Below, piece after piece: positions 1 to 15,200 of a stretch of DNA of 64,000 nucleotides. The notes beneath the pieces are model-generated. The model was not told where the DNA came from, did no database searches, and saw only the letters and a list, made by a program, of their open reading frames with translations. Positions within the stretch are counted from its first letter, which is position 1. Each line of letters begins with the position of its first letter. Location of the stretch: assembly GCA_038496445.1 (NCBI GenBank), contig JALMLS010000310.1, forward strand, positions 124,001 to 188,000, read 5' to 3'. Made by a program: the position numbers and the translations under genes. Source of the stretch: Trichosphaerium sp. ATCC 40318 (taxonomy: Eukaryota; Protista; Tubulinea).

Positions 1-568
1 GATGCATATAACAGAACAGTTACAGTATGTACACAAGGTGCGGTTTTACAAAAAAAGGTGGTTGCGAAACGTGTTTCAAAGGAGGTTTAGTAGGTCTACA
101 GGGCTATCTAGCCTTATAAACCCACGAGGTTGCCGAAGCAACACGAAGGAGGAGGTTTTTTTTTTTTTTAAAAGTATTCTAAAAAGGAAGTAACACTATC
201 TCTATGCACCTTGTCATTTATTGAACACTAACAACTTTTACACCTGAAGAAATCTAGCATTAAAAAAAAGTGGGCACACTATTATACGGCGTAGATGCTT
301 ACAGATAAGAAAACAGATACCCACCAAATTATTAGTAGAAAAAACTTCGTTTAACACTTTTGGAAAACTCCCACTTTTTAGCTACACTACCTTCAACCGC
401 ACACTCACTGCTGACCTGTACACCCACTCTGTTATATTATCAAACTATATTCTTCATAGAACGTTCAAGTAACGACTTTCCAACACCGACAATATAATTT
501 GGTGACTTTATTCATGCAAACGAAAGATCTCGTGTACTCACATGAAAAGGAGTTGATTGGTCCTTGTT

Positions 569-3496
569 TTATTTAGATGTAACTGGTATAGAAGGTATAC
601 TCTTTCTTCCCCACAAGTCAACTGAGTTGACCTTATACCTAAGTGCACTCAATCAGACCAGACGAAGTATTTTTACTATGGACGTACCATAAATCTGGTG
701 AACCAATGTGCATAAATCCTTTTGTTAAAAACATGCCTTGATTAGCTTGAACATACTCACCGTCTTTTGTTGGTGCAGCATATACTTGATAGGTTTGGAT
801 ACATTTAGATGAAGATGAGTCCCACCTAAAACATGAATAAGTAAGTGTTTGTACGACTCAAAAGAAACATTGAAAATTCTTACATTATCCAGTTTTGTTG
901 TTTGTTGATTAAAGATTGCTCTTGAGGTTTTGGTGTGACTCTAACATTTTTAACTTGTTCGGGCGGGTTTCCATCATTGTGGCATATTTGAAGAAGCACG
1001 ATTCCTGTTGAAATACATCACGTCAACCCAATAAACTGATACTTTATAAAGAACCAAAAAAAACTTGCCTGGTAACCTCATTTCGACTTCTCTTGAATAT
1101 TGTCCTACGTCATTGGGCTCAAATGTCTTGACAAAATCGAGAGTAGGGTTTTGATTATATCGTAGTTTCAATAATTGATCTTCTGTTGGTATAGATGGTT
1201 TCCCCATGGATTCCCAAACGCCTAAAAAACCAATGTCAGTCAAAGTTACAATAGATTTGAATTCGTGCCGTATACGCTTCCATGGTTGTTGTCTAATCGA
1301 TATAATGCCACCTTACTACTGCCTGGAGTGAATATTTGAGGTATATTCTTGATTGTAACCGTTACATTTTCAGTGAGATTTTTAGCTGTAGTGTCAGTTG
1401 ACCAATATAGAATTACTGAAAGCACACTTTCTTTTGATGTTTCTTCAAGAGTAGCTATGCCGTTCATTGGACAAACATTCGGATCATTACAGCCGTCTAT
1501 ATTATTAAGCTGGATGGATGGAACCTTTTGAGCTTACCGGACGATGTTATATCGTAGCTTTGAGTACCAATAAGTGAGAGAAGTAACATGACATTGAAAC
1601 TCGGTTTTCTGATTGTTTCGAATTTTAACACATTATTATTTCCTGGGTTTGTAACATTCGATAGCCTTGCGTTAAGTGTTCTAAGTTTAAATGATCCATC
1701 TCCCATAAATCCATTATCATTCGAAAGTAGACCGAAATGAACAGGAGGTTGGAATGTATTACTGTAGATGATGTGATTAAGGTGTTGTTTGAGGACCTTT
1801 AATTCCACTAAAAAAAATCACGTCAGTTTGAGCTCACTTTTTTCTCATGTTTTCGTACTTGCTGCGTATGTTACATCAGCTCGCCATTCCTCAGGTTTAT
1901 TCCAACCAACAAGAGGATCTCCTAAGTAGAAAAATTAATAGGTGAGGTTGAAACGATGACATTAATCAATAGTTTATTCGATCGTACCTTCATCATTGAA
2001 AAAAGTAGTGTTAGTGAATCTTGGGTGATTGCCACGAATGTAATTTATTGAAGAAATATCCTACTTTAGCGTTTATTACTAACATCAATAAAAGGCTTTT
2101 TTGAGTTTGTGATTTACCTCTTTTAACACATTAGTTGCCACATTTCTTCCTTTGTTGTGAATAGAAATAAAATCTAACCTAGAACCCTAATCAAGGGAGA
2201 TTTAGTACACTCAAAATTAACGTTAGCGACCAAACGGGCACAGTCACCACGATTGAACAGTTAGTTTCTGATAAACTCTTTCAGGGCTACAAATTATTTT
2301 GAGTAAAATGTTTTATACAGGCCGCTGATTGGCACGAAGCAACTTGCATATGCTCAATTTATCTTTTTCAAGTCAGAAATTAAAAAATCTACTGTTTCTA
2401 ACGTTCACGTGACACGAGCAAGATTAATTTGTTGTAAATTACTTACTTTTTCTCCTGTGAAATAGTTGATACCGCTATCACAATGAGCCAGAAATTGCTT
2501 CCAGTATTCGTTTGGACTTGATGCAGCTGGACCTCCAAATCTTCACGTAACATTAGCAGCTGCAACGAAAAACTTTTAGAGCTGTGTACATAAGAGAAGG
2601 ATGTGCTTCCTTCAGACCTTGACTACTGGCGTCATAGAAATTTGCTAGGTGCTGAAACGAAGGAAACATTTTAGGAACTAAACGAGGTTCATTCCAAGAC
2701 TCAAAGTGCCATAGCTTCACTTCATCCAAGCCTTTCTGGTGGTCACTAAACTGTCTTAAGACTCAACGGCTTACCGTATTTCTGAATGAAATGGTTTGCA
2801 ACGTCCGTTATCATTTCTTTCCAAGCGTATAGTTGCGTTTTATTTGTAAAATCGGTCCACCATGAAGATGGATTGCCCTTTGAAAAAAAAGATGAAAAAA
2901 AAATTTGGACTAGTTTGCTTGTACCATTATTTCGAACTGCGGATGCAAGCCATTATCGACAACTAAACTAATCGCTGTATTGACTCTGTAAGCACTCTTG
3001 AAAATAAAAGCGAGTTACATACCATGATCAAGGTCTGTCCACTAAACAAGCATGTTATCACGTGATTTTTGGGTTTTTTGCATACGTTGTAGCTTTTTGT
3101 TGGTTTCCCAAAGTCTTTGCCATACAACAAATCCAAAAGACTATGAATACGAACAAAGAAGATACCGTCATGCGGTATAGAGCCAATCATTGCGAGGTTT
3201 TCTGCTTCATCAGCACCCAGGCAGAGAATTGCTAACACAAGTTTTTAAAACAAATTAAAAGCTAAAACGGAGTATCATGGCGTATCAAACCTGGTGTAAA
3301 TCCACATGACCTCCAGAAGTGATCTAACGGCTTTGGTGTATCACTAAAATCAACAGAAAAGGATTTATAAGAGTGCACTACTGTAAATATCAATACAGAC
3401 GCCTAATAGGCACGTTAACTCCATAGAAAATTACTAAGACAATATCTAGAGATAGTAAAACAAGAATACCAATAACAGCTTTATAACAGTTTGCAT
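569..3496 (-). CDS. IDUA: Alpha-L-iduronidase (GH39), multi-exon, with signal peptide
   Basis: Spliced translation MQTVIKLLLASVLIF...HFWRSCGFTP...LAMIGSIPHDGIFFVRIHSLLDL...GLHPQFEIMGNPS...HFESWNEP...FYDASSQGL...GGP...DPLVGWNKPEEWRADVTYAA...LLSNDNGF...YKVNSVDLWG follows the IDUA motif order, including the WNEP acid/base motif. Confidence 0.93.
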
Positions 3497-3715
3497 AACG
3501 CTTTAGGTAGATATGTAGTTAACCGATTGTACCTAAGATTAAGCTATCTTTGTTAATAAGGAACGTGACGTATACGACCCTTACTAGCTTCCACTATGTA
3601 AGTCTAAACTGCATGCTAATGTCTATTTATTACTAGTACGTAACGATAATACACAGCAAACAACTCTAAGCGAAAATTCAACAGAAAAAGATTAAAACAA
3701 AACTATGGATAGAGG

Positions 3716-4589
3716 TTAACAACCAACAGCACATTTCTTCACTTCTCCCGATACCCAATTAACCATGTAGTTATCTCCTCTAATAAATCAGGTTTACAAC
3801 GCTTCGTATTCATTTTGTGTACCTGTTAGCCAAACCGTGATATGATAGACTATTTTGCATTCCATGGGCATAGTCGATATGCATCATGTCGTCAACAAGA
3901 GGCCAGTCAGCTTTAGTGTCACTATGGTCGTTTACGAATTTTCCACCGAAAAAAAAAACTCACTCAGTTACCAAAGGTCTCTCCCACGTTACTGTGCTTA
4001 CACCATCAGACTGTAACCCTGAGATAAGCTTAATGTTATCTACGCCTCCAAGCGCGCTATCTAAATTTGCTCGTTTAGTCTTCATGTTTTTTACACGTGA
4101 TTACGCATACCAGGCACGGGGCGAGTGAAACCATTAGCGTACCTGAAAAAGTGAGAAAGTTAAAAAAAAAAGAAGTTTAAAAAAAAACTTACGAATCATT
4201 ACTAAACATGTCCTGTATAGCAGGTTGTCCATTTGAGTCAAAAGTGGCAACTACAAAATCACATGCTGTCATACCATGAAAGGGTTGGCCTGTAGAGTTG
4301 ACTTGATGCCATCCTACGCCCATCCAAGCCTTTCGAAAAAGTTAGCTCCTTTTCTAATTTTTGTTGTGCGTACATTTCCTTTGAAAGTTTGGGTTACTCT
4401 AACAGCTTTAGTGCCTTCTGATGCGACCACTTCCCACTGTATTTTATAGTTTCCAAAGAATAAAGATATTTCAAACGGTGTTTGAGCTGCTACAATGGCG
4501 AAAACAGCAATAAACGTGAACAAAACGTGATTTGCTAAGAACGGTTTAGAAAAAAGCGACTTCGCGGTTTATTACGCTCTACCTTGCAT
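3716..4589 (-). CDS. Secreted stand-alone DOMON domain protein
   Basis: Spliced: hydrophobic leader, YKIQWEV, AWMGVGW, GMTACDFVV, IQDMFS, VTWERPLVT.D..D, YAHG...LSYHG. The Met and His positions fit heme-binding DOMON domains. Confidence 0.8.
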
Positions 4590-4970
4590 TACGGAAGTTT
4601 TCTCGCTGAATGTTACCACACGTTGCTTTTGTTTAACGCAAAATTGTAAAAGTAACTTAATTGCTAGTAATTAAGCGCGCTCACAACGTGTCAACGCTAA
4701 TTTCGCCTAACTAGCGTCAGAGAATCTGTGTCACTAATATAATAATATGACACGGACCATGCGATATTACTATGACCTTTTCACGCGTTACTTCACCAGT
4801 CGCTGTTGGCACTTATATTGATGCGATATTATTGTAATCTGAGTCCATTATTCGCGATTTAACAACATTTCCCGCGTGACGGTTTTGTGCCGTTTTGAAC
4901 CGTTTAAAAACCGTTTTGACATGATCAAATACGTTCAAATTGCAACCCTATCGCATCACATCTAAAAACT

Positions 4971-6775
<1,805 letters not shown>

Positions 6776-7151
6776 CTTTTAAGAATAAATAAACTGAAAC
6801 GGAACAGCGCAAAGGATAATCAGTACACGCAATTTTTGATTTAAACTCCGATGCAAGGCTGACCTTCTTTTTTACTATTCTACATAGTCTTTCTCTACAA
6901 TCTTCGACCAGCATTCCTTCCTAGAGAGGCAGCTTTCGACTCTGAAATGTAGGAAAAGTATGTCGTTGTTACACTAAACTTAGGCTATCAACAAGATTGG
7001 AGAATTCATAACATTCCAATTTTGGTATAGATAGAAAACCAAGTTTAATATATAAACAACAACCCCAAACAGCAACGCCGCTACACCTACTCAAGTACGT
7101 TTTTAACATTTGCAACAAGTATAGCAAACAGTACTTACATCTTTGATAGCA

Positions 7152-10100
7152 ATGTGGTTATCTTGTTTATGCGGTGGCAAAGACGACGAACGCGTACCTG
7201 TTCCACGAAGGAATACAGATGGTGATAAAGAAGCGAGCAAACGAAAAAAGAAGAAACAGAATGATCACAGTACGCTAAACCTTATTTTCAAGCGCTAAAA
7301 CGCAGTACCAAACCGAATCTAAACGTTAAACTGCTTGTTCTGCTTTTTTTTATTTCTGTGCTTCAAAATGCTGTGCAATCGCTTTTTCTACGCTCAGATA
7401 TTGTAATAGAGTTGGTTTTTTTGTTTTGTTCATATTTGGCAGTTGCGTAAAAAAACATTTTCTGATGTTGTTTTTTTAGGACTAGAGAAGATTGTTAATA
7501 ATTTCTTGACTGAGTTGATCCAAGAAGGTTTAATCGGCTCTGTCTTAACACACCTACCGTCTATGACAGATGTGGCATCTCTTGGTTCATCTTCGAGTAA
7601 AATCCAAACAGCTGTTGAATCATCTATGAGCCGTACCCTCGACACAGTTGGTCAAGTTTATATTTACGCTCCTGTCGACAAAGGCGAGCTAAAGGAATTG
7701 ATAGCAAAAAAAGAACAAAATACTTCAAAAGAAACTCAACCATCATCGTCATCACAAGCTTCACTTACTTCAAATACCGAGGAAAGAATTCAGTCAAGAC
7801 CTTCAGCATTGAAGGAAGTTGAATGTGAACCAAAAGATGACATTGTCCAAACAATGCCAGCGCTTATCCCTTCGCCAAACACAGGTTCTCAAAGTGTACA
7901 CACTAAGACTATGTACAACCAATTTCTTCAAAACGTGTTGAGTGCTACTCAGGGTGCTCCAGGCCGAAAAGAACTCCATTGGCAACAGGACGGTAACAAT
8001 TGGATAGCCGAGCTTGTAGATTCTTTCATACTTGACGGTGTAATGGCCATCGAAGAAGATATACCGAAGTTGTATCGTAATGACAGCGATAGTGAAGATG
8101 ATGACAAAGATGAGGGTGATGAACCAGCTGCGCCAGTCACAAAGAAAACAGCTATGAAAATAAAAGAAGAACCAATACTTATTGAAGATGACGAAGATGA
8201 AGGCAATGAACCAGCTGCGCCAGTCACAAAGAAAACAGCTATGAAAATAAAGGAAGAACCAATACTAATTGAAGATGATGACGAAGATGATGACCAAGCT
8301 CATGAGCCAGCTCCACCTACCACAGAGAAAAACCTCATGAAAATAAAAGAGGATCCATACAACACTCGAGACTGTGCACGTGAACAAGATGATGTCATCA
8401 ATAGGCCCATTAACCAGGATGTTTCACTTGTAAACAGTCCTGAACGTACAACTGATGAATTCGTCGGACCGTTTATATTACCTCTTCCACAGATTCCTTT
8501 TGGTGAACCAATAGAAATAGTTAATACCATCACCGCTAGTGCACCACCACAGGATCCAATGGAACCAACACCGATGTATAAAATACCACCATCGGTCCTA
8601 AGCTCTATGTTCCCAACGTTTTATTATCCACCTCCTACTCTTGAACCTGGCTATCAACTTGCGCAAATTACCAGAGAACCACATGCTTCTCCTGATAACA
8701 TACTTGGTCTTCAAAGAGTAGATACGCTCTCTGATTCTCAAAGGCAGACTCCGATTAATCTCGAGCACATTGAACAAGAAGGACAGCCTGAAGATACAAA
8801 TATTGGTCATATCAAAGTTAATGTAGATCTTGATAAGATAGCCGAGTATGACATGTGCACTCGATATCCTGATATGATTTGTGTAATTGTCGATAAAGAG
8901 TTCAACCCTGCATATAAAATTAAAGTCAACAGTACAATCTTGAAAGAGAATGCCGGGTAAGCGCTGCTTCGAGTTTCTTGTTTTCTTCGCATTACTAACT
9001 TTATTTTGCTTTCCAGGGATAAGTTTGAGTCGTTGTTCCCTAAGTTTCTCATGAACCCTCCAAATCAAAGACCAGGAGTCGAAGCTAGAATGTACATATT
9101 AAATGAACATGAAGGTGTTCAATCTGCATTATATTTTGTAGCTTGTCTAGCAACTTCCACAGGAGCTCTACCTCATATCGCTGGTCGTCTACTCGATGTA
9201 TCAGAGTTTGATGCTTTAATAGGTTGTCTTGATTCATGTTTGAAAGTAAGTCCAAAACTCCTTTTCTATTGTTTTTTTTCGAAAGAGAAAACACTTTTTT
9301 GCCTGTTACTTACGCTAATGTTTAGCATGGCTTTTTTAAAATACAGTATAGTACATTTATGGTAATGCTTGATAATTGTCCAATGAGCAAGCTCTATGAT
9401 TTGCTACAGTACAACACGACCGTTATACACGTTGATAAACATTTGGCAACATCACTTTGGGCAAAAATGGGAGGTTACGACAACACTAAGGAGCCATATC
9501 TCACAACGCTACTTCGCGAAAAGAAAAAGCTACTTATACGAGAAAGTATACTTGATATTTGGCTTGACGAATTAGTACACAGACCCTCTGAGCTTTGGTT
9601 TTATGCATGTACGAAAAAAACAAGAAATGTTGTTTGAATGAACTCTTATTGTTAAATAGGTATGAGCGGGCACTTCGAAATGGCTCTAGAACTTCATAGA
9701 GCTCTTCCGTCTTTTTTTGCACGCTACCTAAATGGTATGCATCCAATTGACACGTGGTGGTCAGATATATGGTATAATGTGGTCCCAGAAGGCATACACC
9801 AGTCAATAATAGAAGAACATGCTAAGGTGATCCAAACCAAAACTAAGAGATTTAGGTACCTCTCATTTAGTGTTTGTTTCCTCGTTGCTTGCCCTCTAAT
9901 GAAGTAATAGAATATGCACAATAGTTAGAGAAATAGACAGCAATACTACTTCAATAGGATATGGATTTGGCTTCGAATGGTAAGCACCATCATATTATAA
10001 TCTGTTGTTGAGAAAACTAATTGAATTGTTAAGGATAATACGAGCTACAACCAATAGCGTTGAAGTAGTCATGTCTGAGAGAGCTGGCAAACACGCTTTA

Positions 10101-10313
10101 GATTTCTGTTCAGAAAGCACACCTAGCACTTATGTGTACTTTGCATGTGTAGTTAATGGTAAAAGATCAGACAATGTTGATATTGAGAAAAGCAAAGAAA
10201 CGTTCGAAAGTGGAGTTGAAAAGATAAAAGGTAGTTTAGAAATGGAAGCAGATTTCGACACAATCAGAGTAGATGTTTCTTGCAGGCTCCCAGAAGTTTT
10301 CCTGGAACCATGA
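7152..10313 (+). CDS. BTB/POZ-BACK-like protein with a long acidic, disordered N-terminal half
   Basis: Exon 1 MWLSCLCGG...KRKKKK splices into the 505-aa ORF. YPDMICVIVD...KIKVNSTILKENAG|DKFESLF...LLDVSEFDALIGCLDSCLK resembles BTB helices, followed by a BACK-like helical segment. Exons join through ORFs 9006, 9359, 9662 and 10005. Confidence 0.6.
8108..8357 (+). repeat. Coding tandem repeat, 87-bp unit, two near-exact copies plus a diverged third
   Basis: GAACCAGCTGCGCCAGTCACAAAGAAAACAGCTATGAAAATAAA starts at 8121 and 8208, with a variant at 8304. It encodes EPAAPVTKKTAMKIKEEPILIEDDE. Confidence 0.95.
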
Positions 10314-10647
10314 AGCTATTACCCATAATATAACACAACTGATAACGGTTCCACTGTTAAGCAAGAAACATCAATCAACATCAACTGCGCTCTTAAAACT
10401 ATGTAATTACTCGTTTATCACAGTTGATAACACTTCACTAAGCTATCTATTCACATCCTTTGTACTGCCTTTGAAATACACCAAATATACAGAGTTGTTT
10501 TTTTACATACACGCCATATGTTATTTGTTTTTAACGCGACCACCTATTCGCACCATTAAAAGTGCGCTCCCAGTACCGGCCAGTGCTTCGCAAGTACCAG
10601 GTAGTCAAACTGTAGTTCCCTTGTAGATATAGAAAGCCCGGCTAGAT

Positions 10648-11463
10648 TCAAGTCCACTCATTTTCACTTTCGTTTTCACTTTCGCTTCCGTCCTCCTTCG
10701 AACCCATAGAGAATTTACCCACCATCTGCGACAAGTTGTATTCCATCAATACCTTTGTTTTAACTCGTTCAAAAGCAACTCTATCTTCAATAGTAGCGAC
10801 ACTTATACCTACAGTTGTACCCCAAATATGCGCATCATTTACAAGCTTTGCTAGCATAGCTCCATCGCTATCATTTAAGCTTTGCAATCCATGGCCGTCG
10901 CCCTTGGCTTCGATAAGTTTTACATTGCTAAAAGAAGCCGCAATGTCACGAACCTGAATTACAGTTAGTAAACGTGTAATTAAAAAAGGTTCAAAAACGA
11001 TTCAAAATAAAATGATATTTCACGTGACATAAACGCATTTTAGTTTATTCGGTCGTACTCCGTCTATAGCAAAAATTTCATCCTGTGTTCCATGATACAG
11101 CAAAGCAGGGATATTGGTGGATACTACAGAAGGAGTAGAAGGGTCGCAGTGGATTACGTTTGTAGTTATGGTAAAAATATTTGAAGCGCCCAATAACAAC
11201 GAAGGACCTTCCCAATGATGTAATTTTATCAATTGAGACACATACTTTGCGCCTCTTGAACCAGCCAGAAGTACGTTTGGCTTAAAATTATCTATTTCGT
11301 TTACTAATGTCATTACGCCGTTATTTAGATCATCACTGGGTTCATTAAGAGTAGGAAATGATACGTTGAAGTGTTTCTTTAGATTTTTTAATCTGCCAGG
11401 ATTTGCAACCATACCCGTACCTGGACCTATAACTAGAACATGTAAGCGCGTCAGAGATTCCAT
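10648..11463 (-). CDS. Small alpha/beta-fold hydrolase, one intron
   Basis: LLAGSRGA nucleophile elbow, LYHGTQDEIF (Asp) and GDGHGL (His) after joining ORFs 11020-11463 and 10648-10887 through a GTAC...CAG intron. Confidence 0.75.
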
Positions 11464-12223
11464 TTTGGTAAGTATTTGCCTTAGGTAGCAGTTTTTAAGT
11501 GGTTTTCATTTTCTGTTGTTCCCTGACGCGCAACGATTACTCCAGTATGGTTAAGACTTTAAATATGCTCGTTGAAGAGCGCTCACAGTTTACTTGGACA
11601 GGTTCCTCGTTAAATAGCTGTACGCGCATCACTTGTTGTACTGCACTTCATACTGGACATGCGCGTGAAGCAAGCAAGTGAGCCAGAATATTCACCGATG
11701 ATGAGAATCAAACTCTGTTTTTCTGACGTCCAAATGCCACAAGTAATTCATCACACAACAGCAGCAACGCGTGCATTGAAGAACAAATAGACAGCGACAA
11801 AAGTTTAGCAACAGACGCAAGCATAACAAAGCAAAACGCAGTGCTACAACCGGGGTTTAGCATTGACGTTTTACTAACGCCGTTGCTATCACAAAGCATT
11901 TTTTTTGAAGTATAATGGCCAACAAGGGTCACTCGCTCACTGTAATATTAATTTAAAGACCACAAAACGCGGTAGGGCGAAAACGCACCGGCCTTGCTTA
12001 AGCTAAATTCACAGTTGCTTAAGGAGGCATTGAATGCTCTACCTATTTTACTTTGCTTTAACGTTACTGGATGCAGTGGAAGAATTTGGCAAATAAACGC
12101 AAATAGGTGAGAATACAAACAAAAACACGGCTATTCATCTCCCTGCAAGGCCAGGCGGTTTATACAGAGGCTATACGAACTATTATGAACAAGATTGAAA
12201 GCCTGGGAGACCATAACCGTTAG

Positions 12224-15200
12224 ATGTCGCGTTATCAGAGGTCTACCAACAGTAGCGGCACACCGCACGAAAATAATGGATGGGGGTTTAGGTAAATCGA
12301 AATTATACACCCTATTGCTTCGTTTTCGGCGCTGGGGAAGCAGATTTCGACCGGCGAATTAATTTTTACAATTTACCATATTTAACGCCACCAGCGTCTT
12401 ATTTGCGTTCCCCAAACAAAGTTTTAAATCTAGATTTTACTGCTGCGTCTAAAATACTCTTAAACTTACTTCAAATTTGTAACATAAGCTGTAGAGACGG
12501 TAGAGAGTTTTCTAGAGACTCAGAGTCGAGGTATTATCCACACGAACCAACCACGTTGAGCCCCAAAAGACGCAATAACCGTGAAGAAACACCACGCTCG
12601 CAATATACATACAGAGATCACCGCTTCAGGTCGACTTCTTATTCATCGGACAAAGTAAAGGTACGAACGTGGTTTAAGTCGCGTTGGCGAGCAAATCGGC
12701 GTTTTTTTGTTATTAATGCTACCGGGGTTGTGCACTGTTCATCTTTTGGCTTGTGGGCTAATCTGGTTGCTTGTGAAGAATTCCCCTTTTTAACCAATCG
12801 CTTAGAATTTTCGGCCTCGCAGCGACACAGATTTTCACAGCAGTAGCTATCATGGCCATAACTTAGAAAGAGGTTACAGTAACAACTCGTACTACAACAG
12901 TTCTCCTGGTCGCTACACTAGACGTGATCCTTCAAAGACTTGGAGTCCATCAAGTAGAGCCAGAGATAGAAATTATGGGAGTCCGCGATCGCCGGAGCGA
13001 GATTGGGATCGTACAAGTGGGACATACAACAGTAGAGGCAATGGTGCCTCAAGGGATAGAGACAAGCGAAGGTACTTAACTTCGATTTGGCATTAAGTCA
13101 CGCCTTAAGTCACGGCCTTAGCATACTAGAGTGCCTTAAGATTTGCTCTTCTAACTTATTGAAACGCAGGCACTACCCTAAGTCTAGACCGCACGATTGG
13201 TCCAGTAGCAATCATAGACATTCACATGACAGAGATAGTCGTGATTATCGTATTGACGATGATAAATACGACCGACGAGATGTGGACAGAGATAATAGAC
13301 ACCGAGACAGTTCCACCAGAAGTCGCAAAAGGTGCGTATACACTAGGAAAAACAAGATTTTAACTGGTTTTGATAGAGATCGTTCTTCCTCGCCTGCGTA
13401 TTCTCCGTCTCGCTCGTTCCTTGATAAACCGTATCAAGCAGAACCAGAACGAAGAGACTCCAAAAAACCAAGATTGGATTCACCTCGCCTTGGCTCTTCG
13501 CCTGATCGTTTGGACTCTCCGAAGGGTACGTTATCAGTTCGAGTGATTTTTGTGCGTTTTTGATGGTTGTTAACTTTTATTTTTTAGACCTTGAGAAATC
13601 GCTCTCTGAAACTACTCGAGAGCCCAAGCAGTCTCCGACCCTCAATAGATCCCACAGTTTTTCTAACCTGGCACCAGGACACGTAGAAATCGCTCAGGAG
13701 AGTTCTTCTAGTGATACACAACTCGGCAATTCGCGTACGTATATTTTGCCCAATCAATGGCGCGTATTGCTCGCTCTTCTAACACAGGTTTTAGCGCCAA
13801 TGTCAAGTCCTTCTCGCAAGTTTGAAAAGACTGATCTGCCTGTCCCTACTGTAGCTGAAGCGGAAGCACCTCTGCAGAAGGTTGTAGTTGAAGAACAGAA
13901 GAATATAACAATAGAACAAGAGTTACAAACATTATTGGAGTCTAGAAAAGCGTTTTTCATGGATATCACAGCAAAAGAAGAAGAACTTGAAGAGCTTGAT
14001 AACGAGCTTGAAAAACTAAAGATTGAAGAAGCGAACCTAGAGAAACGGTTACGTGCGTTAGAGAATAATTCAGATGATGAATTACCTGATGATGTAATGA
14101 TGGATGAAGCGACAGATAGTGATGTCAAGTCGATGTGTCCTACAACAACGAAAGTTTTTGAACAAAATGCAAAATTGGCAACGAAGACTCATAACGTTTT
14201 TAATGGGTTCTTACTTGGTATCGATGGTGTGGATGTGTCTAAAGAAAAGGGCAGCAGCGAAAAACAGAGATACGTTAAGGAAGAGGTAGCTCGTGAGTTG
14301 AATAGACGTTACCTTCAAGAACAAGCCCGTGAACAAAAACTAAAGACACAACATAAAGACTTGATTTCTAATTTTCAAAAAAAACTACGGACAAAGAAGA
14401 TTCGAAAGAAGAGGCTCAAGGAGCGTCGTGGGAACTCAAGTCGTGTGTTACGTTCATCAAGACAACCAGCAGAGAGAAAACAACCAGAGCCTTCAAAAGA
14501 AGATATCTTACAGTCGCGTTTTATGCGCACTCGTGCTGATATTCCGGATATGATCCTAGATCCTGAGATACGTCAACGACAGAGGTTTTATAATACCAAC
14601 AGATTGGTCGTTGATCCTGTGGCTGACTATGAGGAATGGAAGAAGAGCCGTACTTGGTCCAAGGGAGAGGAACTTACTTTTGTTTCTGCGTACCTTGCTC
14701 AACCTAAAAACTTTGAATACATTTCGAGCTTATTGCCTAAACGTGATATCTCTGAATGTGTTTGGTATTACTACACGAATAAGCATAGATTGAAGCTCAA
14801 GGAGAAGACAAGGCGAGAGATTCCACCTCAGATTGCAGGATCTGTTCCTGTACCGTCTCATGTCGTCTCAGAGCAGTATTTGGGCTCTACAGATACTTGG
14901 AGATTCGGAAGCGGGTCTACACGTACATCTAATCGTTTGAGACGAAAACCTTCGATAAATTATAACGAAACGTCTCATGCTTCTAGTATTGCGGTGCCTG
15001 TGTCAGCCACCTCGAATCCAGGCTTGCCTGGATTGGATAATATCCCTGCAGTACCTGCTTTGGCGCTCCGCGAGGAAGACATGCCTATGGCGATACCACC
15101 AGTGATTGCTGTACGTTTCTTGTTTCTTTTTGTTTTTTTTCTTTATCACGTTTTCTTTGTTGTTAATGTTTGGTGTAGATCTCTCCTACGATATCGGTAT

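Noticed and set aside
1-560. 63-aa ORF at the window start
   Set aside because: Runs through a poly-T tract, has no motif and is likely UTR or intergenic.
11499-12220. Small ORFs and a possible C/D box between the hydrolase and SANT genes
   Set aside because: No convincing paired C and D boxes or terminal stem. Best read as a divergent promoter region.
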